Assembly: GCA_039091335.1 (NCBI GenBank)
Contig: JAWCME010000015.1
Span: 1 to 10,469, forward strand
Source: Candidatus Aenigmatarchaeota archaeon
GTDB lineage: Archaea; Aenigmatarchaeota; Aenigmatarchaeia; CG10238-14; SCSR01
Direction of reading: 5' to 3'
DNA length: 10,469 nucleotides
Of this stretch, positions 1 through 6,455 are shown in pieces. A model generated the notes under the pieces. That model was not told the DNA's origin. It saw only the letters and a list, made by a program, of their open reading frames with translations, and ran no database searches. The position numbers and the translations under genes are program-made. How positions within the stretch are numbered: position 1 is the first letter of the stretch; each line of letters starts with the position of its first letter.

Positions 1-98
1 CAAAAGGGAATTCCAGTTATTTTAACATCTATCAAAGTTGCTGCCTTAAAAAAACTGGATTTACCAGCTGAAGGTTTGCCTACAAGACCGACAATCAT
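1..98 (-). CDS. ychF: Obg-family YchF-like NTPase, 5' end only (runs off the window)
   Basis: Not in the ORF track. Reverse complement from ATG at 98 reads [32 protein letters not shown]. This has a P-loop (GKPSAGKS) followed by FFKAAT and the ..PF switch-I segment typical of archaeal YchF. Confidence 0.88.
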   Translation of the reverse strand, partial: MIVGLVGKPSAGKSSFFKAATLIDVKITGIPF

Positions 99-120
99 AT
101 TTTAACATATATCAAGAAAA

Positions 121-128
121 CTTATAAG
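121..128 (-). promoter_or_regulatory. Candidate TATA box for a leaderless ychF transcript
   Basis: CTTATAAG lies ~22 nt upstream of the ychF ATG, and no SD motif precedes that ATG. Confidence 0.35.
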
Positions 129-377
129 CTAACTTCTCTTAGCAATAACATAAATTTCTTGAATCATTCTTTCTAAATTCGCTAATCTTTGATTTACAGT
201 TTCGTATCTCACATTCAAACTTTCCAACTGCGCCAGCAATAAATCAATTTTAGCCTTCATGCTTTCTGCAGTTGTTTCTTCAGCCGTAATCGGCTTAGGT
301 GGTGTTAGTGCTTCAGGAGCAAGAGGGACTGATACTTCTTCTTTTTTTCTAAAAATTTTTTTCAAATCAAAAGCCAT
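129..377 (-). CDS. Small hypothetical coiled-coil protein (82 aa)
   Basis: ATG is preceded by the SD-like AAGTGAT. The protein has a basic/aromatic N-terminus (MAFDLKKIFRKK), a Pro-rich linker and a C-terminal heptad pattern (IDLLLAQLESLNVRYETVNQRLANLERMI). Confidence 0.85.
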   Translation of the reverse strand: MAFDLKKIFRKKEEVSVPLAPEALTPPKPITAEETTAESMKAKIDLLLAQLESLNVRYETVNQRLANLERMIQEIYVIAKRS

Positions 378-405
378 TATATCACTTAGTTGCCATTATC
401 ACTTA
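373..405 (-). repeat. Tandem duplication of SD plus start codon (TAAGTGATAATGGC / TAAGTGATATAATGGC)
   Basis: On the + strand, gccattatatcactta at 373-388 and gccattatcactta at 392-405. Confidence 0.8.
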
Positions 406-412
406 AATATCC

Positions 413-901
413 TTAGGGATTTGGAATATTTAAAAATGTTCTGAACTCTTTCCACAATCTTTCAATCCAGTCATTACAAAGTTTTAAGTATCCTCTTCTC
501 ACTTTGTTGTAAAAAAACCAATTATAAAACCACCAGATAGTCTTGTACATAGGCATTTTTATTTCATATTCCGTCTTAAGTCTACCATTGATAGTAACAG
601 TCATTTTTCCATCTTTAGATGGGTCAGATGGCTGTTGGCCTTGAAAAATAATTTCTATAAACAAATCACTTCTTTGGTCTAAACCTTTTTTAACATAAAG
701 CCTAATAAAAAAATTTCTTGGGTCTGAGGTAGAATCCCAGCGATAATCCCTTTCCCATATATCTTTTCCACCTACATCAAAAATTCTTTCTAACATCGGC
801 CTTACAGATTTGAAAAGTTTTATTGGATTGGGACCAGTATAATTTATTTGAACCTTTGCAGTAGGAGCTAGGCAATCGTCTTCTAAAACCCATTTCGGCA
901 T
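413..901 (-). CDS. Hypothetical alpha/beta protein (162 aa), paralogue of 910-1443
   Basis: Open frame with SD-like GTGA before the ATG. Shares DDC, NYxGPNP, WD, LxTEY, FYxxxxYxxxRxxYLxxC and FLN motifs with the neighbouring gene. Confidence 0.9.
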   Translation of the reverse strand: MPKWVLEDDCLAPTAKVQINYTGPNPIKLFKSVRPMLERIFDVGGKDIWERDYRWDSTSDPRNFFIRLYVKKGLDQRSDLFIEIIFQGQQPSDPSKDGKMTVTINGRLKTEYEIKMPMYKTIWWFYNWFFYNKVRRGYLKLCNDWIERLWKEFRTFLNIPNP

Positions 902-909
902 TTAATTCA

Positions 910-1443
910 CTAAAAAGATTTTGGTAATAGGTTAAGAAAAGATTTTAGTTCTTCTTGCATTCTCAAAGTTTCTTCCTTACATTCTCTCAAATATTTTTTC
1001 CTCGTATCTTCGTAAATGAGTTTGTGGTAAAAAGTTCTGAACATCTCATAGAATAAGCTTCTCTGCCACAAAGTATCTTGAGGATATTCAGTCCTTAAAG
1101 CAGATTCGATCGTTATTTTCGCAGTTCCCTCTTTACCAAATTGACGAGAATGTTTTGCCTCTCCTTCCAAATCCACAGTTATTAAAATAAAACTAAAAGT
1201 ATCCATATCCTTCACGACCTCAAACTTTACTTTGAATTTTTCTGTTGCTGTTGTTCTATCCCAAGAAACTTCCTTTTCCCTGATTTCATCTTCTCCAACC
1301 TTCCATATGGTCATTAAAAGCTCTCTGATTTTTTTGTATATGTTTTGAGGGTTTGGTCCAGCGTAATTTAATATAATATACGGTGGACCTGGTGTTATAC
1401 AGTCGTCATGTATTAACAACTTAGTTCTGGCAAATACTGGCAT
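910..1443 (-). CDS. Hypothetical alpha/beta protein (177 aa), paralogue of 413-901
   Basis: Open frame, 8-nt gap to the next gene, and end-to-end motif colinearity with the 162-aa protein. Confidence 0.9.
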   Translation of the reverse strand: MPVFARTKLLIHDDCITPGPPYIILNYAGPNPQNIYKKIRELLMTIWKVGEDEIREKEVSWDRTTATEKFKVKFEVVKDMDTFSFILITVDLEGEAKHSRQFGKEGTAKITIESALRTEYPQDTLWQRSLFYEMFRTFYHKLIYEDTRKKYLRECKEETLRMQEELKSFLNLLPKSF

Positions 1444-1505
1444 AAATATTTATTGGTTATAAAAGACTAAAAAGTTATTAATTCTTTTGTTTAATATTAA
1501 ATTGG
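1444..1505. promoter_or_regulatory. Divergent promoter region with a central TATA-like element
   Basis: 62-bp AT-rich gap between divergent ATGs at 1443(-) and 1506(+). TTATTAA at 1475-1481 is flanked by A-rich BRE-like runs on both strands. A further TTTTATAA lies on the - strand at 1457-1464. Confidence 0.55.
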
Positions 1506-1667
1506 ATGTTGAATAAAATAATCGGTGCATGCTTATTTTCAGTTGGTTTGCTAATCGTTATAGGTTTTCCTGATATTACAAGATATCAACCAGAAAGTAT
1601 GGGAAGGGCAGGAATTATCCTAGGATTGGTTTTAATTATTCTTGGGTTGTTTTTAATGAAAAGTTAG
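1506..1667 (+). CDS. Small membrane protein, two predicted TM helices (53 aa)
   Basis: Not in the ORF track. ATG 1506 to TAG 1667 reads MLNKIIGACLFSVGLLIVIGFPDITRYQPESMGRAGIILGLVLIILGLFLMKS: two hydrophobic Gly-rich segments around a polar loop. It fills an otherwise empty gap. Confidence 0.8.
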   Translation: MLNKIIGACLFSVGLLIVIGFPDITRYQPESMGRAGIILGLVLIILGLFLMKS

Positions 1668-1739
1668 TTTTGATTAAAAAAGACAGAAAAAATGAAATGA
1701 AGAAATGAAAACTTAAGGTAGAAAAACAAAATTAAAAAT

Positions 1740-3458
1740 ATGCCCATAGAATATCCTAAAGGTCCGCCACCTGCAGGAGAAGGATTAAAACCAGGTGAAG
1801 GAATAAACAACATACCAGATGAGGCACAAGAATATTTAGACTTTACCACAGCACCAGGCAAATCAACAGGCATGTTCTACGGAATAGTTTTTCAGTTACC
1901 TAAATGGGGGTTTGATAGATTTAAAATAGAAGAATCAATAGAAGTTTCACCAGTCTTTCAACAGTATTACCAATTAACAATTCAGCAAAAAACAACCTTA
2001 GAAAGCCAGATAAAAGCAGGTTTAGCGCAAATAACATCCCTGATGGGAGATTTAGAATTAGCTGCGCATGACATGAGAAAATACAAGGAGTTTATTGATT
2101 ATTATGCGATGATAGACAAAGGAAAGGAAATGGTGAAAAAAGGAAAAAAAGAAGAAGGTGAAAAACTTGAAATGCAGGGTGAGCAATCACTCAAGGCAGT
2201 TTTTATTGATCAGGTAGATGTGCATACTGGTGAGGGTATTGCACTTAAGTTGATTGCACCAAGGTGGCCGACGATAATTGCTGATTTCATGAAGCTTACT
2301 GATAATGATATTGACCCTAAAAAGATTGCAGAGAAGTATAAAGTTTCTGAAGCTGAGGGTGTAGTTTTGGCGACAAAAAATAAGCTTTATATTGAATGGA
2401 GGGATAGGCTTTTTAGAAAAACTGTTGAGGAGAGATTCAAAAATTTAGTTGCATTAGTAGAGGCAAGAAAAAAATCTGTGGAAGAGTATAGAAACATGTT
2501 GAGACCTGTGATAGCAAGATACAAAGCAATAAACGAAATGCTTTCTCAGCCAACTTCTCTGCAAAAAGTAAGTTTCTGGAGACCGGATGCCCAAGCAATT
2601 TCCATGGACTACGAATTGCTTTGGGCTTGGAAACCTTTTGCTCCGGTTGAGAAATACAAAGTGACAAGAGAAGTACCTTTAGATAAAATTCCTGCTGCTG
2701 CAGCCGGCTTCACACCAGAGCAAATAGAAGAAATAAAAAAAGAGAAAGAAGGTTGGGACGGATTTGTTAAGGCTTTACCAGTTGAGCCGTCGATAGATGA
2801 TGTTGTTAAAAGAACGATAAAAAAAATTGAATCACATTATGGAATAAAAATAACTGGAAAAGATTTATATGATGCAAGGCAAATGCTTGTTGAAAAGTTT
2901 GAGCAATCGTCAAAAGGATTGGGTGATTTTGAAACATGGGTTTTTAGTCCGTACTTCATTTTTCTTGAAATACCTATATACAGAACTGTTATAAGACTTC
3001 CGAATGGTGAGGAAATGGAAGATCTGAACATACCAAAACTAACTTCTGCAATTCAAACACAAAACTTAATAATTCTTCATTATTTAGAATTAATAGCAAG
3101 AGATAAACAGTTAGACAATTACATTCACCAAATGCTTGGCGAGATGGGAATTAAAGGAGAAACCATAGAAGAACTGATGAAAAAAGAAATTTTTAAAACT
3201 GAGGAAGAAATTAAAGAAGAGGAAAGAAAAAAGTTTGAAATTAAAAAATCTAAAGAAGTTATTAGCACTATGAAAAAATTTAGAACAGGAATTGGAAAGT
3301 TATTTAGTTTATTCGGAGCAGAAGTTTCTTTTCTGAGAGCAGAAGGTCCTTACGAGTTTGCATTCCAAGACAGGCTTTCAAAAATGTATTTCAAGGAAGT
3401 TGCATCAAATTTTGCTATGGTGAGAGATTTTTTCAAATCAGGTTTTGGAGCGCCTTGA
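1740..3458 (+). CDS. Large hypothetical, mostly helical/coiled-coil protein (572 aa)
   Basis: Long ORF with Lys/Glu-rich helical segments and a Pro/Gly-rich N-terminus. No recognisable catalytic motif. Confidence 0.92.
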   Translation: MPIEYPKGPPPAGEGLKPGEGINNIPDEAQEYLDFTTAPGKSTGMFYGIVFQLPKWGFDRFKIEESIEVSPVFQQYYQLTIQQKTTLESQIKAGLAQITSLMGDLELAAHDMRKYKEFIDYYAMIDKGKEMVKKGKKEEGEKLEMQGEQSLKAVFIDQVDVHTGEGIALKLIAPRWPTIIADFMKLTDNDIDPKKIAEKYKVSEAEGVVLATKNKLYIEWRDRLFRKTVEERFKNLVALVEARKKSVEEYRNMLRPVIARYKAINEMLSQPTSLQKVSFWRPDAQAISMDYELLWAWKPFAPVEKYKVTREVPLDKIPAAAAGFTPEQIEEIKKEKEGWDGFVKALPVEPSIDDVVKRTIKKIESHYGIKITGKDLYDARQMLVEKFEQSSKGLGDFETWVFSPYFIFLEIPIYRTVIRLPNGEEMEDLNIPKLTSAIQTQNLIILHYLELIARDKQLDNYIHQMLGEMGIKGETIEELMKKEIFKTEEEIKEEERKKFEIKKSKEVISTMKKFRTGIGKLFSLFGAEVSFLRAEGPYEFAFQDRLSKMYFKEVASNFAMVRDFFKSGFGAP

Positions 3459-3466
3459 GTGAGAGA

Positions 3467-5125
3467 ATGAGCTATGTAATCGGTGTTTCAAGCGGAGCAT
3501 TTGGTGCTGCTGCTACAGAGGAAAGACCTCAGCTTTTAGGACTTTTTAAAAAAGCTCAATACTGCATCACCCAAGGAGTTCAGTTCGTTCAATTGGATTT
3601 GGAATCAATTTCTGAGTTAGACGAGCCGAATTTAAAAGAAAAGTTGAAAAAGGATATAGAAGAAAAATTGCATATAACATTTGGTATTCATAGCGAAACA
3701 AAAGCTTTTGGTGTTGAAGCAGCTGAATTAGATTCAGCTATTGGAATAGAATATGATAGAGCTCACAAAAGATTGATCGAAATTTTGCAAAAAGCTGGGG
3801 ATATAGGCTCAAAATACGTTTTGATTCATTCTTCTGAATCGGATCCTTTTCCCATGCTTGCACTTAGAACACAACCAACAGACTTAGTCGATTTTTATGG
3901 TAATCCAATAAGAAATTTTCTAGAAGAAAATAGCTGGCTACTTGATTGGTTAATGGGTGAGGGAGAATGGAAAGATAAGGAAGGTGGCCAATTCATATGG
4001 GTTGAAATTTTGCATAGAAGCTTGAAAGAATATCTGGAAATGGTAAAAGAAGAAAGAATAAGAACATACAGAATGAGATATGAAAAAGAACCTTCTGCAG
4101 AATGGTTAGAAAAAGAGATTGAAGAAGAAAGAAAAAGTTTGAGAAGATATTTTATGGATATAGTTTCCTCAAGATCTTTACATTATGGTCCTGAAAGATG
4201 GGCCTATTATCTTATAGCAAAATGGATGGAAAAAAATAACGATCCACTTTGGAAAAAAATTATTGATATAAACATAAAATTTTTTGCAAGAAGGGAAAAG
4301 AAAACTCCAGAAGAATGGTTAGCAGATAAAAAGATTATGAAATTAACAATAGATGAAAAAGCATTTAGAGAATTTCACGAAATATGGGTACCTGCTGTTT
4401 CTGCAAAATATATCTGGGGACATTTAAATCCAAAGAATAGAGAAGATCCGAAAAAAATTATTAAAAAGTATGGTATGCCCTTAGTTTTAGAATCTCCCAT
4501 GGGTGGACGAGGAGTTGAGGAGTGGTTAAGATTTTACAATCCTGGCCATATATACTGTTTAGCAGAAGAAGTTGGTCCAGAATATCTTCAACTGGCATTA
4601 GACCTCGAGCATATGCTAAGCATAAGGCTAGATCCTGAGACTGTTATAGATATTTTGCCGGAAAATGCAGGTAAATTTGTAAAAGTTATTCATGTTGGTT
4701 TTCCATCACCACTGGCCCCAGCACATGTTCCGATTGCTTTGGGCTCAGAAGAACAAATGTATCTTTATAAGATGTACTATAAGCTAAGAAAAAAAGGTTT
4801 TGGTCTAGATAAAACTCAAGATCATTTTATTCTTTTTGAAAGAGGTCCGTTTCCTATTCAACAAACTATTGTTGCTTTGAAAAAAATAATTGAATTTTTA
4901 GAAAAAGATATTAAACCTGAGGATTTGATCAAATATCCAGAATTCTTTGGAATAGCAACAGGAGAAATTGCTTCTGAGGAAAGGCAGCTGGCTGCTATAA
5001 GGGAGCATGCTTTCGATCCTTTGAAGGGATTGATTACTGTACCAGAAGAAGAACATGGTTTTCTTGGTAGGGCTGCTTTGGAAAAAGGGAAAATAGAAGA
5101 GTGGAGAAGAGAGAAGTATAGATGA
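3467..5125 (+). CDS. Xylose-isomerase/AP-endonuclease-2-like TIM-barrel metalloenzyme with a large helical insertion
   Basis: Ordered strand-end motifs FGIH, VLIH, LVLE, LDLEH, VIH, AHVP and ILFE match the endonuclease-IV-type metal-ligand pattern. ATG at 3467, preceded by GTGAG, is preferred over the TTG at 3455. Confidence 0.8.
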   Translation: MSYVIGVSSGAFGAAATEERPQLLGLFKKAQYCITQGVQFVQLDLESISELDEPNLKEKLKKDIEEKLHITFGIHSETKAFGVEAAELDSAIGIEYDRAHKRLIEILQKAGDIGSKYVLIHSSESDPFPMLALRTQPTDLVDFYGNPIRNFLEENSWLLDWLMGEGEWKDKEGGQFIWVEILHRSLKEYLEMVKEERIRTYRMRYEKEPSAEWLEKEIEEERKSLRRYFMDIVSSRSLHYGPERWAYYLIAKWMEKNNDPLWKKIIDINIKFFARREKKTPEEWLADKKIMKLTIDEKAFREFHEIWVPAVSAKYIWGHLNPKNREDPKKIIKKYGMPLVLESPMGGRGVEEWLRFYNPGHIYCLAEEVGPEYLQLALDLEHMLSIRLDPETVIDILPENAGKFVKVIHVGFPSPLAPAHVPIALGSEEQMYLYKMYYKLRKKGFGLDKTQDHFILFERGPFPIQQTIVALKKIIEFLEKDIKPEDLIKYPEFFGIATGEIASEERQLAAIREHAFDPLKGLITVPEEEHGFLGRAALEKGKIEEWRREKYR

Positions 5126-5155
5126 TTTAAATAATCACTATTAAGTAGTAGTAAA

Positions 5156-5164
5156 TTATATATA
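5156..5164 (+). promoter_or_regulatory. Candidate TATA box for the 132-aa gene and possibly the MNT-HEPN pair
   Basis: TTATATATA is preceded by GTAGTAAA and lies ~22 nt upstream of ATG 5187. Confidence 0.5.
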
Positions 5165-5186
5165 GGAGAGAAAACAATAAAAACAT

Positions 5187-5585
5187 ATGAAAAAGGAATT
5201 TGTAGAATATAAGATAGCTTGGGGAAATAAAAATATAGCGCCTTATTTTCTCTTTGAATCTAGTCTTTTTGCTATCCCTAAAGGTATTTATTTAAGATAT
5301 CCGAGTTTGAAAAGACCATTTAACAGATATATTATTAGCAGTGTTTTTATCGAAAATGGTGAGAAACTTTTTTATGATTATATCAAAACACTAAAGAGAG
5401 AGGCAGAAAAACTAAATATGGAAAGTGTAGGTATAATTGTTCCAGAAGAAAAAATACCTGATAATGATGTCTACAGAAATATACTTAAAAAAGAAGGATT
5501 TGATTTAACTATTGCTGGGTTTTATACAGAAGATATGAAGGTATGCCTTAAGAAATGTTGGATAACTGTTTTGAATTATAGATAA
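5187..5585 (+). CDS. Hypothetical protein (132 aa), possibly a degenerate GNAT fold
   Basis: Open frame. The C-terminal half (YIISSVFI...LKREAEKLNMESVGIIV...NDVYRNILKKEGF) follows the GNAT beta4-alpha3-beta5-alpha4 pattern but lacks R/QxxGxG. Confidence 0.7.
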   Translation: MKKEFVEYKIAWGNKNIAPYFLFESSLFAIPKGIYLRYPSLKRPFNRYIISSVFIENGEKLFYDYIKTLKREAEKLNMESVGIIVPEEKIPDNDVYRNILKKEGFDLTIAGFYTEDMKVCLKKCWITVLNYR

Positions 5586-5600
5586 TTTATTGGGAAGATA

Positions 5601-6452
5601 ATGGTAATAGAGGAATTAGAAGAAGAATTAGAGGATGTTGAATTGGTGAAGGAAAAGAAAGAGCTAAAACCACAAAAAGAAATCTTTGCTAAAGTAGTTA
5701 GATTCACGAATGAGGCTAGAAAGCATTATGGAGATGTGATAAAGTCTGTTTTAATTTTTGGTTCAGCTGCCAAGGGAACTATGGTTAAAGGGTCAGACGC
5801 AGATGTGTGGGTTATTCTTGATGACACAGCAACAAAAGCTTCTGAGGATTTAGATAAAATCAATTCTCAGTTGTATTTAATTGCTCATGAGCTTAAGGAT
5901 CTGCATATACAAACTACTGCTTTGACGGAGTTTTGGCAATGGATAAAGATGGGGTCGCCTGAATTGGTTAATTATCTGAGGTATGGTTTAATTATTTATG
6001 ACACAGGCTTTATAAAACCTGTTCAGAGAATGCTGCAAATGGGATTGATTCCTCCGAGCGAAGAAACGATTGGATTGAAAGCAAAAGCTGCTAGTGCAAG
6101 ATTTAAAAAGATCAAACTAGACCTGAAATCAATTATTTTTGAATTGAGATATACGGCAACAGACATAATCCAAGCTGTTGTAATGTATTTTTACAAAGCC
6201 CAGCCAGATCAAAAGGCAATACCAGAATTTTTGGAAAGACTTGTTGCTGAAAAGAAATTAGAAAAAGAATATGTGGACAAATTTAAGGAATTGGATAAAA
6301 TGTGGAAGGATATAGACCATAAGGTAATTAAAGAAGTTACTGCAGAATATCTGGAGAGAGCATTGATTTTGACAAAAGAGATAATTGATAGATTTAATAA
6401 ATTGCTTCCATCAGAAATAATAGGAGAAGAATTACCTGAAATGGAGGAATGA
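5601..6452 (+). CDS. Minimal nucleotidyltransferase (pol-beta superfamily) fused to a HEPN-like domain, paralogue A (283 aa)
   Basis: FGS-x10-DAD motif (G54,S55,D66,D68). The C-terminal helical domain has WKDIDH at the HEPN RX4H position. Confidence 0.9.
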   Translation: MVIEELEEELEDVELVKEKKELKPQKEIFAKVVRFTNEARKHYGDVIKSVLIFGSAAKGTMVKGSDADVWVILDDTATKASEDLDKINSQLYLIAHELKDLHIQTTALTEFWQWIKMGSPELVNYLRYGLIIYDTGFIKPVQRMLQMGLIPPSEETIGLKAKAASARFKKIKLDLKSIIFELRYTATDIIQAVVMYFYKAQPDQKAIPEFLERLVAEKKLEKEYVDKFKELDKMWKDIDHKVIKEVTAEYLERALILTKEIIDRFNKLLPSEIIGEELPEMEE

Positions 6453-6455
6453 TGA

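Noticed and set aside
259..444. 61-aa + strand ORF
   Set aside because: Antisense shadow of the 82-aa gene, which has an SD and a coherent protein pattern.
1690..1712. Three AAATGAA units upstream of the 572-aa gene
   Set aside because: Short low-complexity purine-rich repeats, not a CRISPR array or iteron set.
1664..1873. 69-aa - strand ORF
   Set aside because: Antisense to the start of the 572-aa gene. Its Phe-rich tail simply mirrors A-rich intergenic DNA.
2437..3031. Two - strand ORFs (2437-2667, 2837-3031)
   Set aside because: Fully nested antisense to the 572-aa gene, with no motifs.
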